A DNA stretch of 64,000 bases from Clostridiales bacterium. GTDB taxonomy: Bacteria; Bacillota; Clostridia; Oscillospirales; CAG-272. The position numbers were made by a program, and so were the translations under genes. The notes beneath the pieces are model-generated. The model saw nothing but the letters and a program-made list of their open reading frames with translations, was not told the DNA's origin and made no database searches. This document shows positions 1 to 9,063 of the stretch, in pieces (within the stretch, counting starts at the first letter, position 1; each line of letters begins with the position of its first letter). Location: NCBI GenBank assembly GCA_021202555.1, contig JAJQCT010000023.1, positions 10,865 to 74,864 of the forward strand, written 5' to 3'.

Positions 1-29
1 AACCCCCATATGTCAAATCACCCCAAAAA

Positions 30-911
30 TCAAAGCTTCATCTTATTATTTTCACCATGCGGTATCCATCCCGCAATGTCGTCATCATCAAATTTATAGT
101 CAAGCTTTTTCCCGTAAGCGCTTTCGTACGCTTCAGCCTTCTGCTTATAGTCAAGCGCCATCATCGCCGAGCTGTTTTGCCTTACCGTCAGATTCGGATC
201 GGGATGTATCGTCGGCAGAATGTGTACGACGTAGGACGTCTTATAAAAGCTGTCGTTTTCCTTTGTGCTTCGGTTTTTTATCTCAACGAAGCATGAGACT
301 ATAGGCACGCCGAATTTCGCGGCATAGTAATACGCGCCCGGTCTTGGCGGACGCGGCTTTTTATAATTAAACCACATCTCCTGCTCTGGGTATATAAGCA
401 CAAATTGTCCCGACATGACAAGAGAGCGAAGCGTTTTTATAAATGGTCCCGCCATATAGTGATAATCCGACGTAATCGGAACAATATCCGAGTATTTCAT
501 CAGAAAGCCGATAAATCCCGTCATTGCAAGATTTGTGTCCTGACTGACAATATAAAGCCGCTTTCTTCCCGATTTGCGCACAGCAGTCCAGACGGCGGTA
601 TTGTCAAGCGGGTTGAAGTGATTGCTCGTAACGATTGCCCCGCCCTTTATTGACGAAAGCCTCTCAAGCCCGTCAATTTTCGTGCTTATATTTATAAATC
701 TGCCGCCAACGCCGAGAATGAAACGCGCGAATCTGTTTTTTTCTCTGTATCTTTTCGTCTCGCGCGCAGCCATATGACGGCGTACTAAATCGCGCTTCTG
801 CTCGCGCGTAAGATTTGGGTCGTCAACCTCAACCTTTTCATGAAACTGCCCGCTCTCCGCGCATCGCTTTATATTATCGATTACAAGATCCTTGTTATCG
901 CCTATTATCAT
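30..911 (-). CDS. Lysophospholipid/glycerol-phosphate acyltransferase family protein (PlsC-like)
   Basis: 293-aa ORF with the HX4D acyltransferase block 'SNHFNPLD' and an 'IYPEQE' block. Its start overlaps the stop of the upstream GT8 gene (ATGA at 908-911). Confidence 0.7.
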   Translation of the reverse strand: MIIGDNKDLVIDNIKRCAESGQFHEKVEVDDPNLTREQKRDLVRRHMAARETKRYREKNRFARFILGVGGRFINISTKIDGLERLSSIKGGAIVTSNHFNPLDNTAVWTAVRKSGRKRLYIVSQDTNLAMTGFIGFLMKYSDIVPITSDYHYMAGPFIKTLRSLVMSGQFVLIYPEQEMWFNYKKPRPPRPGAYYYAAKFGVPIVSCFVEIKNRSTKENDSFYKTSYVVHILPTIHPDPNLTVRQNSSAMMALDYKQKAEAYESAYGKKLDYKFDDDDIAGWIPHGENNKMKL

Positions 912-1870
912 ACCCTGATTTTTTCTCCGCGCTCGTACATTTTACGGAATGTTTTATCCTCTCCCGCAAGCCGTGCGGCTTTTGTGAGCATTTCATTAAG
1001 GCATTTCGCGTCGGACGCTTTGTCCTGCTCCGAGTAATTCCGCTTGAAGTTGAGAATCTCTTCATAATACGCCGAGCGCTTTGCGTATTTCCAGAAATAC
1101 TCCTCATACTGTATTCCGTCATAGCACCACGGCTTATCGAAAAGATTGTAGTGTATGAGCTTCGGTGAGGCTTGAGGAAGCTTTTGTCTGTTCGGCATGG
1201 CGTCCCACTTCTCGTCGAGAAAATGTATCTTCCCACAGCACATAGCGTTCAGGTAATCCTGATCGGGCGCGATGGAATCGAAATGATATTTATTCATAAG
1301 CCTCAAAAATTCCTCGCTGAATTTAAGCTCGCGCATTTTTGAAAGATTCATCAGAAGCACACCCGAATTTACGTATCTGTATCTGTTTATCCCGACCGCT
1401 TCCTCGATGTATTTCGCAAAATCCGGCACATCAGCGATAGACAAATCGGGACAAGCCCCTACAATGCTGTCGCCAATGTCTATATGATACATCTCGGAAA
1501 TATCACCCGCAACGATAATATCGCTGTCAATGTAAATTCCCTTATCGTACTGCGGGAACATTTCGGGAATAAAAAGCCTGAAATAAATCGTCATAGTGAA
1601 ATAATCGCAGCGCAGCTTATTTTCAACTCTGTTCGTTATCGATGAAATTTCGTCGCCCATCTCGGCAAATTCCACTCTGACGTTTTCCTTTTCGTGAGAT
1701 GAAAGAATTTTGCGGCTTTTTTCGCTTATATTATCGTTTATGACGACAATGCGGTAGTCGTACTTATCCGATGCGTTTTCAGTCAGCGAAATCAGCGCAG
1801 TATCGAGATACGGCGTAAAGCTCTCGTCAATCGTAAAAAATACGGGCATGGTTTCTCTTTTTTCACTCAA
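908..1870 (-). CDS. Glycosyltransferase family 8 protein
   Basis: 320-aa ORF with GT8 (LgtC/glycogenin-like) hallmarks: 'GIYIDSDIIV' (DxD), 'VNSGVLLMNL', 'HYNLFDKPW'. Confidence 0.75.
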   Translation of the reverse strand: MSEKRETMPVFFTIDESFTPYLDTALISLTENASDKYDYRIVVINDNISEKSRKILSSHEKENVRVEFAEMGDEISSITNRVENKLRCDYFTMTIYFRLFIPEMFPQYDKGIYIDSDIIVAGDISEMYHIDIGDSIVGACPDLSIADVPDFAKYIEEAVGINRYRYVNSGVLLMNLSKMRELKFSEEFLRLMNKYHFDSIAPDQDYLNAMCCGKIHFLDEKWDAMPNRQKLPQASPKLIHYNLFDKPWCYDGIQYEEYFWKYAKRSAYYEEILNFKRNYSEQDKASDAKCLNEMLTKAARLAGEDKTFRKMYERGEKIRV

Positions 1871-1897
1871 AGCAAATATCTCCTGATTCCGCGCACC

Positions 1898-2731
1898 TTA
1901 CGCGCACTTTGAAAGCTCCGGCATAAGAGCCTCATATTTTTCAAGAATATCATCGTACTCGTGAAGCTTCAGTTTGTCGTGAACCCGATCGACCTGCCAC
2001 GGCTTTACCGTGAGCGTGTGAAGCCACGGGAAAAATCTGAAGCTCGTCGTAAAATGCTGTATCACCGTATCGCGGCGAAGCTTCCGCTGCTCGTTGTATT
2101 TTCTCGGCAAAATTTTCTTATTATCTGAAAGCTTGTTGAGAGAGGATTGGTCGGGCATGAACATTTTCTTGTCCCGGCACATATTTCTGCATCTTTCAAA
2201 AAGCCCCGTCGATTTTATCTTTTTCATGTTCAGAATCAAAACTCCCGAGTTAAGATAATCAAATTTGAAGGGATTTCTTCTGAAAAACCATTTTCCGTAG
2301 TGATCGAGGACGCCCGCAATCTCATGCTCACCAAGCTCCTGATGATAGAAATCGGAAATATTTTGTCTTACGACAACATCAACATCAAGATAAAGAAGCC
2401 TGTCGGGCAAATCCGCTATCATATCGGCAAAAAGCCTCAGCATACAAAAGGGCGTAAACCGAGTGTCCATATTCGCGTGGGGCGCATTCTCCGCGAATAT
2501 TTCCGTTATATCGATTTTTTTGACAAAGCTTTCAGCGTCTGCTTTCCTGACAATTCCGTCAAGAAAATCGACTGTTCCGTCAGAAACGGCGTGATATGTC
2601 TTTTCACCCTGCGTCAGCTCCATCGTCATGATATAAACCGCAAGCTTTTCATCGGAATTTTTGATAAGCGACAAAATCGAAATCAAAAGTCCGTCAACTA
2701 TACCCGCGTCCCCGCAGTAAAGTATATTCAT
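1898..2731 (-). CDS. Glycosyltransferase family 8 protein (paralog)
   Basis: 277-aa ORF with 'LLYLDVDVVV' (DxD) and 'LNSGVLILNM'. The architecture matches the neighbouring GT8 gene. Confidence 0.75.
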   Translation of the reverse strand: MNILYCGDAGIVDGLLISILSLIKNSDEKLAVYIMTMELTQGEKTYHAVSDGTVDFLDGIVRKADAESFVKKIDITEIFAENAPHANMDTRFTPFCMLRLFADMIADLPDRLLYLDVDVVVRQNISDFYHQELGEHEIAGVLDHYGKWFFRRNPFKFDYLNSGVLILNMKKIKSTGLFERCRNMCRDKKMFMPDQSSLNKLSDNKKILPRKYNEQRKLRRDTVIQHFTTSFRFFPWLHTLTVKPWQVDRVHDKLKLHEYDDILEKYEALMPELSKCA

Positions 2732-3522
2732 AAAGCCTCACCTTCTTTTCGGTAATGTATATATTCGCAGTCAGAAAGCGACGAGCGCTTCACCATCGCC
2801 TCATATATTTCATCATAAAGCTTTTCACGGCGTTCCCGCACGGAAAGTTCCTTGTCTGGAAAAAACGGACCGTCGATATATACGGTTATTCGCGGCTTCG
2901 AGCCTTCGCGGGCGCGCTTTTTTTTACTGTATACAAGCGTCATCGAAAACGACGGCGCGTTATATTTCACGGGAAAATAAAACGCCGTCGCCGGAAACGG
3001 TCTGATTTTCGTGTACCATTCCCACACATGAGCTTCGGGATAAATAATCACGCATCTTCCCTCGTCGATTCGCGTTTTGACGGCCTCGCAGAATTTCACG
3101 CTGTCATGTATGCTCTCGGGCGTGATTATAGCCGCTATCATCGGCAGAAGTCTGCCTATAACGGGAATACCGAGATTCGCCGAGCCGGCGACGGTATGAA
3201 ATCGCTTAAACCCGAGAACACACGTCGGAATGAAGGCATCTCCCATCGCCTGCGTGTGATTGCCGTAAAGAAAATACCCTTCCTTCCGGTATTTTTTCAG
3301 AACTTTTCTGTTCTTCACCTTCACCCGCAAAACGAGCTTTGAATAAACGATTCCAAACACCCACGCAAGCGCGAAGGTCACAGCGGACGCCATGCGGTAA
3401 AATATATTTTCATGTACCCAGACGAAATTCTCGGGAAGCACTGCCGATTGATTTTTGCTTTCCGTAAAATCGTCCTCAAAGGTTTTGTATATTTTTACAT
3501 TTGCTTTCCTATTATCATTCAT
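2728..3522 (-). CDS. Membrane-anchored acyltransferase-like protein (LPLAT-like)
   Basis: 264-aa ORF with a hydrophobic N-terminal segment, a 'GNHTQAMGD' His/Asp block and an 'IIYPEAHVW' block. ATGA overlap with the downstream GT8 gene (2728-2731). Confidence 0.55.
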   Translation of the reverse strand: MNDNRKANVKIYKTFEDDFTESKNQSAVLPENFVWVHENIFYRMASAVTFALAWVFGIVYSKLVLRVKVKNRKVLKKYRKEGYFLYGNHTQAMGDAFIPTCVLGFKRFHTVAGSANLGIPVIGRLLPMIAAIITPESIHDSVKFCEAVKTRIDEGRCVIIYPEAHVWEWYTKIRPFPATAFYFPVKYNAPSFSMTLVYSKKKRAREGSKPRITVYIDGPFFPDKELSVRERREKLYDEIYEAMVKRSSLSDCEYIHYRKEGEAL

Positions 3523-3656
3523 GGTAATACTCCCGCTTCCTTTGCAGTAAATTATATATTATCATTCTAAACCCAAGATAAACGCGGGAAAATTTTATCA
3601 CAGCGCTTTTTACAAAAAAATTGCCTCTCGTCGGCGTTATTTTTTTAATTTTTCAC

Positions 3657-3685
3657 TTGACCTTTCCGTTCCTTTATGATAAACT
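3657..3685 (+). promoter_or_regulatory. Putative sigma-A promoter for the GH127 gene
   Basis: TTGACC (3657-3662), 17-nt spacer ending in TGa (extended -10), then TAAACT (3680-3685). It lies about 130 nt upstream of the ORF. Confidence 0.45.
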
Positions 3686-3813
3686 GTTTCATGATGAAAA
3701 ATACATCCCGACAAAGGAGTAAAAGCTTGAAAGATAAATCTTACAAGCTCTCTGTTTTGTATCCTTTGCCGGACAAATAATCGAGGAAAGGAAGCTATTG
3801 TACTGCAATAGCA

Positions 3814-5769
3814 ATGGTAACAACTATGAAAAATCTGAACGTGCCGAATATAAAATCGGTCAAAATCGAGCACGACGGGTTCTTCGGACATCTGTCCGAG
3901 CTTGTGCGTGAAAACGTGATTCCGTATCAGTGGGAAACGCTCAATGACAGAACGGAGGGCGCGGACAAAAGTCACTGCATCGAAAACTTCAAAATCGCCG
4001 CTGGCGAGGCGGAGGGCAGCTTTTACGGCTTCGTGTTTCAGGACAGCGACCTTGCGAAATGGCTTGAAGCCGTCGCGTATTCGCTCATGACAAATCCCGA
4101 CCCCGAGCTTGAGGCAACGGCTGACGAGGCGATAGCGCTCATAGGGCGCGCGCAGCAGAAGGACGGATACCTTAACACCTACTACACAATAAAGGAGCCG
4201 GGGCACCGCTGGACAAATATGCGCGACAATCACGAGCTTTACTGTGCGGGTCACATGATGGAGGCTGCCGCCGCATATTATGAGGCGACGGGAAAGCGCG
4301 AGCTGCTCGACATTATGACGCGCATGGCGCACCATATCGATTCGGTAATCGGTCCCGAGGAAGGAAAGCTTCACGGCTATCCGGGACACGAGGAAATCGA
4401 GCTTGCGCTCGTTTCGATGTATCACGCTACAGGGGACGAGACAATGCTTAAGCTCGCTAAATACTTTGTTGATGAGCGCGGTCGCCGCCCCGCATTCTTC
4501 GAGCTTGAGGACGAAAAGCGCCACCCCGACCATCACCATCACCCGCTGCCCGAATATATGGTAAATAACGCAGGTCTTTATGCGCAGTGGCATCTTCCGA
4601 TAAGGGAGCAGACGGCGCTTGAGGGACACAGTGTGCGCGCGCTCTACATGGCGACGGGAGTTGCCGACGTAGCGCGTGAAACGGGTGACGAATCGCTTCT
4701 TCAGACGTGCAGAACGCTTTACGATAATCTCGTACATAAGAGAATGTACGTGACGGGAGGCGTCGGTTCCTCCGCAAACGGCGAGCGGTTCACGTTTGAC
4801 TATGATTTGCCTAATGACACCGTATACGCCGAAACGTGCGCGTCAATAGCTCTTTGCTTTTTCATGCGCGCAATGCTTCAGATTGAGCCTAAATCATGCT
4901 ACGCGGATACGCTTGAAACGGCGCTTTACAATACCTGCATTGCCGGAATGTCGCTTGACGGAAAGAACTTTTTCTACGTAAATCCGCTCGAGGTTTATCC
5001 CGAGGCAAGCCATAAAAATCCAGATAAGCGCCATGTACTTCCCGTGCGCCCGAAATGGTTCGGCTGCGCCTGCTGCCCTCCAAATCTCGCGCGTCTCATC
5101 ACCTCGATAGGAAAGTACATTTACACCATTGACGGCGACAGAATATACATGAATCTTTTCGTCGGCGCAAAAACGGAGCTTGAAACATCCGGCGACAAGG
5201 TTACGCTTTCAGTAAAGACCGAATATCCGAACGACGGCAAAATCACCGTTTCATGCGGATGCGGACATTATACGCTCGCGCTGCGCATTCCCGCGTACTG
5301 CTGTGGCAAATACACGCTCTCTGTAAACGGCGAGAAATATGCAGCCGAGGACGACAACGGATACGCTGCGATAACGCGCGATTGGTGCGAAGGCGACACT
5401 GTAACGCTCGAACTTCCCGTCGAGCCTCACCGCGTATACGCGAATTACAATGTGCGTGCCGACGCGGGCAAGGTGGCAGTGCGCCGCGGACCTATTGTTT
5501 ACTGCCTTGAAGAGGCGGACAACGAAACACCGCTGCCCGCAGTTTCGCTTCCGAGGTCATCAGAGCTTCACTGCGAATACGTCCCCGACAAGCTCGAAGG
5601 AATATACGAGATTACAGCCGACGGATATATCGAATGCGATGACGGTGACGATACGCTTTACCGCATGACGCCTCCCACAAAAAAGCCCGTAAAGCTTACG
5701 TTCATCCCCTACTATAAGTGGGCAAACCGCGGAGAGGGAGAAATGACCGTATACGTTGCGGAAAACTGA
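3814..5769 (+). CDS. Glycoside hydrolase family 127 (beta-L-arabinofuranosidase, DUF1680-type)
   Basis: 651-aa ORF whose length and motifs are typical of GH127, including the cysteine cluster 'CACCPPN'. The start could be the second ATG at 3826 (MKNLNV). Confidence 0.8.
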   Translation: MVTTMKNLNVPNIKSVKIEHDGFFGHLSELVRENVIPYQWETLNDRTEGADKSHCIENFKIAAGEAEGSFYGFVFQDSDLAKWLEAVAYSLMTNPDPELEATADEAIALIGRAQQKDGYLNTYYTIKEPGHRWTNMRDNHELYCAGHMMEAAAAYYEATGKRELLDIMTRMAHHIDSVIGPEEGKLHGYPGHEEIELALVSMYHATGDETMLKLAKYFVDERGRRPAFFELEDEKRHPDHHHHPLPEYMVNNAGLYAQWHLPIREQTALEGHSVRALYMATGVADVARETGDESLLQTCRTLYDNLVHKRMYVTGGVGSSANGERFTFDYDLPNDTVYAETCASIALCFFMRAMLQIEPKSCYADTLETALYNTCIAGMSLDGKNFFYVNPLEVYPEASHKNPDKRHVLPVRPKWFGCACCPPNLARLITSIGKYIYTIDGDRIYMNLFVGAKTELETSGDKVTLSVKTEYPNDGKITVSCGCGHYTLALRIPAYCCGKYTLSVNGEKYAAEDDNGYAAITRDWCEGDTVTLELPVEPHRVYANYNVRADAGKVAVRRGPIVYCLEEADNETPLPAVSLPRSSELHCEYVPDKLEGIYEITADGYIECDDGDDTLYRMTPPTKKPVKLTFIPYYKWANRGEGEMTVYVAEN

Positions 5770-5787
5770 TAAATCACCTAAAACAAT

Positions 5788-5821
5788 CCCCGCCTCGCAA
5801 AATCAGAGGCGGGGTTTGCTT
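5788..5821 (+). terminator. Rho-independent terminator after the GH127 gene
   Basis: Stem CCCCGCCTC / GAGGCGGGG followed by TTTGCTT. Confidence 0.7.
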
Positions 5822-5898
5822 GTAATTAAGAGGAAATCCTCGTTATTATACTGCAAAAAATACGATTAGCTGCCTTGTCTGACTTTCTCTTTTACGCC

Positions 5899-5930
5899 AA
5901 AAGTGCATTCCCGAACAGGAATGCACTTTT
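5899..5930 (-). terminator. Hairpin terminator downstream of the solute-binding protein gene
   Basis: AAAAGTGCATTCC-cgaaca-GGAATGCACTTTT, with A/T runs on both sides. It lies 17 nt after the minus-strand stop. Confidence 0.6.
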
Positions 5931-5946
5931 GTATCTTTCGTAACGA

Positions 5947-7443
5947 TTAACTTCCGAGCGCGTTTTCGATATACTTCGCGAATTTCTTATTCAGCGCTTT
6001 TTCGTTGCTCTGGAAGGTCGAGATTGTCCTCGTATTGCTTGCGAACATTCCCGCAATCAGACCGTCCCGAACAGAATCGCAGAACGTCGTGTCGCCGAGG
6101 TCAGCAACGCGGTGGGAGAAAATTATGTCGAGCATTTCCTGCGATTCCTCATCACGCATCGTTCTTCCCGAAAGCGACTGATCATAGTAAGCCGTAACTA
6201 CGCCGCCGTCAGTTGCCGAATAGTAATTGAGCACCTCCATTACAGCTCCTGCAAAATCGGGGTCTGCCGTGTTCGGCACAACAAACGACCAGAAATACGA
6301 AACTCTCGCGTAGTAATCTTCCTGATCCTCATCCCACTTCGGATAAGGCACTATACCAAACTCGGATTCCATTTCACGAAGCTGGACAACATAGTTGAAG
6401 GAGCAGTCGAGGAAATATGCCTGATTATTTTCAAACATATCTATATTGCTCGAAGGAACGTCCTGACCGTCACCGGTATAATCGGAATACCAGTTCTCGT
6501 CGTCCCACATTATTTCAAATACCTTTGTAAATACCGAGAAGAAATAATCGTCAGTAAGATTCAGAACGGGATAATCGTCAGAATCCTTGGAAACCATAGT
6601 GGTTCCGCACGATACTATAAACGACGGAACAACCATCCTGTTATCCGCGAGATACCCGTATCTGTCGCTTGAGTCGCGATTGCCGTCGCCGTTTGCATCA
6701 AAATAAGATGACGCAAGAATCTCCTGCATTTTATCGACCGTCCATTCGCCGTTTCTCACAAGCTCATAAAGGTCGGGAAGGCTGCTGTTTTGTTCAAAAA
6801 GCTCCTTTGAGAATACAAGAGCAAATGTAAAATCATAGACATTGAGGTCTGCGCTTCCGACAGCAGTATACTGCTGACCTGCGAGCATCAGACCGGGATT
6901 GATGTCCTGAGCCCAATATGACTTTTCAAGATCCACATACTGAAGCTCGTCAAACGTGTAAATATCGCCGTCCGACCAAAGCGAAATCGACTCAATACAT
7001 CTTACGTAAAAGAGGTCATAGGTGTCGTCGCCTCCTGTGACAAGCGTATCGACAAGAGTGTAGCTTCCGCTGTAATAGTCGGGCGCAACAACATCGACAA
7101 ATTCAATTCCCATAACATCCTCAAGGTAGAGGCTGCGCAGATACATCGCATTCTCAATGGGGTCGGAGCTTAATTCCTCAAAATCAATCCACGTTGTCGC
7201 GACGGTCGTGTCCGATGTCCTGATTGTGAACGTCTCGCCATCCCACTGCTTAAGCTCCGCTTCGGTCATGCTAAGTGTATAATCCGAATCTTCCACCACA
7301 TCTGAAGCGGAGGTATCCTCCACCCCTTCTGTGCTGTCAGCGGCAGTGTCAGCCGTTTCTTCATCGTCGGGAGATGTCTGGCACGCGACAACCGTGCCGA
7401 GAACCATCAGAAGCGCGATAAAGAGACAAAGAATTCTCTTCAT
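5947..7443 (-). CDS. Extracellular solute-binding lipoprotein (sugar ABC transporter SBP-like), orphan
   Basis: 498-aa ORF with a signal peptide and lipobox '..GTVVAC' and an acidic linker. Its size and composition match large family-1 SBPs of Clostridia. No permease or ATPase gene is adjacent. Confidence 0.55.
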   Translation of the reverse strand: MKRILCLFIALLMVLGTVVACQTSPDDEETADTAADSTEGVEDTSASDVVEDSDYTLSMTEAELKQWDGETFTIRTSDTTVATTWIDFEELSSDPIENAMYLRSLYLEDVMGIEFVDVVAPDYYSGSYTLVDTLVTGGDDTYDLFYVRCIESISLWSDGDIYTFDELQYVDLEKSYWAQDINPGLMLAGQQYTAVGSADLNVYDFTFALVFSKELFEQNSSLPDLYELVRNGEWTVDKMQEILASSYFDANGDGNRDSSDRYGYLADNRMVVPSFIVSCGTTMVSKDSDDYPVLNLTDDYFFSVFTKVFEIMWDDENWYSDYTGDGQDVPSSNIDMFENNQAYFLDCSFNYVVQLREMESEFGIVPYPKWDEDQEDYYARVSYFWSFVVPNTADPDFAGAVMEVLNYYSATDGGVVTAYYDQSLSGRTMRDEESQEMLDIIFSHRVADLGDTTFCDSVRDGLIAGMFASNTRTISTFQSNEKALNKKFAKYIENALGS

Positions 7444-7479
7444 GATAATTACCTCCTTGGGCTTTCATTGTACAATCAC

Positions 7480-7508
7480 ATTTTATCACAAAGTCATCAC
7501 AAATGCAA
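7480..7508 (-). promoter_or_regulatory. Putative promoter for the SBP gene
   Basis: On the minus strand: TTGCAT (7508-7503), 17 nt, TAAAAT (7485-7480). A GGAGG RBS precedes the ATG at 7443. Confidence 0.5.
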
Positions 7509-7559
7509 GCCTTTTTTTCGATAAAAAGTATTTTTGTACATTCTCACAAATGCATGGCG

Positions 7560-8987
7560 TCAGGAATCCGCGTTTATATCGACAATGTTCACGCCGGTTA
7601 AGTCAGACGTGACCTCATACGCGTCCAGTACGCGGTCATATTCCGCCTCGTAAGCCTCCTCAACGAGAAGCTCATACATTTGAGCCGCCCATGCTTCCCT
7701 TCCGTCGCCAATAAAATACATGACGTGACAGCCGTAATCCGATTCGACAATACCTGTTTCGCCTGCCGTGCGGGACTCGTCGTAGCACCAGTCCTCAAAT
7801 TCCTCAACCATCTCGTCGAGCATGACGTCCTCATAAAGCCCGCCGGTGTCAGCCGAGCCCGTGTCATATGAATATTTTGCCGCAAGCTCGATGAAAAGCT
7901 CCTCTGTCGCGCCGCCAGAAATATATTCCTCAAGCACAGCCTCCGCAGCTTCCATGCAGGCGTCCTCGTCGTCGTAATTTTCAATCGACAGAAGAATATG
8001 GCGCACATTCTTCGTGAAATATGTCTCACGCGCCGCAAGAGACGTCACCATATAAACCGTGTAAGTTCCCTCGCCGTCGTCGATAACGGTCGTATCATAA
8101 AGCTCGCGTTCATCGTCGAAAAGCCATACGCTGTAATCCTCGTCCTCGTCGATTGTCTCGTCCTCAATAAGCGCCGCCGTCACTAAAGATGAAATATCGT
8201 CATCCGTCATCTCGTCGTCATCGGCATAGTGCTCCGTCAGATATTCAGAGAGAAGCGTATCGAACTCGTCGGAGTTCTCCGCCTCTGCAATCGCGTTTGC
8301 GGCAGCCTCCGCCGCAGCGTAAGCCTCGTCAATTGTCTCATCGTCGGCGTCGTCCTCATACGTTGCCTCAACGTCGAACACCTTGTAGGAAACGTAGGTG
8401 TAATCGTCGGCGTTTTCCGCAAAGCATTCCTCAAGCTCCTCATCCGAATAATCAAGCCCGTCAATGAAGTAATTATAATACTCCTGCGCAAGATAGAAGA
8501 GCCTGAGCGCCTCCCTTACGTCGTCCTCCGTAATGTCGCCGTAGCAAAGCTTGATATATTCGTCAAGCGAATATCCGTAGGATTCTCCGGTGGATTCAAG
8601 CGTTTCGATTTCGCGGTCGATAAGCGTGTCGAATTTCTCGTCGTAATACGAAAGCCCCGCACGAATTGCCGCCTCACAGAATGTGAGATAAAACGTCGCG
8701 CTGTCCGTCGCGAGATACAGGAAATAATCGTACCATGTAGCCCCGCTGCTCGAATCGTAATACTGCTCCTTTAGCGACGCCGTATAGTCAAATCCGTAAT
8801 AATAGTAAAAATAGTAGCCGTATGAGCTTACAAGATAATTGAAATAGTCGTACATATAGTACGAGAGCATAGCGTCCGTCACGGTGAAGTTTTCCGTATA
8901 CATGACGACGTTTCGCTCCTCACCGCACGACGCGCACGAGAGTACGATAATTATAAGTGCAAGCACCAAAGAAACAAACCTTTTCAT
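7560..8987 (-). CDS. PpiC/parvulin-type peptidyl-prolyl isomerase lipoprotein (PrsA/SurA-like)
   Basis: The start is set at MKRFVSLVLALIIIVLSCASC (signal plus Cys), not the longer ORF (9062). The C-terminal rotamase domain reads 'VRHILLS...GLYEDV...ESDYGCHVMYFIG'. A Tyr-rich block 'GYYFYYYYGFDY' and acidic linkers are present. Confidence 0.6.
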   Translation of the reverse strand: MKRFVSLVLALIIIVLSCASCGEERNVVMYTENFTVTDAMLSYYMYDYFNYLVSSYGYYFYYYYGFDYTASLKEQYYDSSSGATWYDYFLYLATDSATFYLTFCEAAIRAGLSYYDEKFDTLIDREIETLESTGESYGYSLDEYIKLCYGDITEDDVREALRLFYLAQEYYNYFIDGLDYSDEELEECFAENADDYTYVSYKVFDVEATYEDDADDETIDEAYAAAEAAANAIAEAENSDEFDTLLSEYLTEHYADDDEMTDDDISSLVTAALIEDETIDEDEDYSVWLFDDERELYDTTVIDDGEGTYTVYMVTSLAARETYFTKNVRHILLSIENYDDEDACMEAAEAVLEEYISGGATEELFIELAAKYSYDTGSADTGGLYEDVMLDEMVEEFEDWCYDESRTAGETGIVESDYGCHVMYFIGDGREAWAAQMYELLVEEAYEAEYDRVLDAYEVTSDLTGVNIVDINADS

Positions 8988-9063
8988 CTTAATTCCCTTC
9001 AAAAAACATCGAATCGGGGCTGCCGAAGACGCGGCAGTCCCGAAATCGCTGTCTTTAATCACA

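Noticed and set aside
3637-4737. 366-aa minus-strand ORF
   Set aside because: It is antisense to the well-supported GH127 gene and spans its promoter region. Its Arg/Leu-rich composition is typical of antisense frames in GC-moderate genes.
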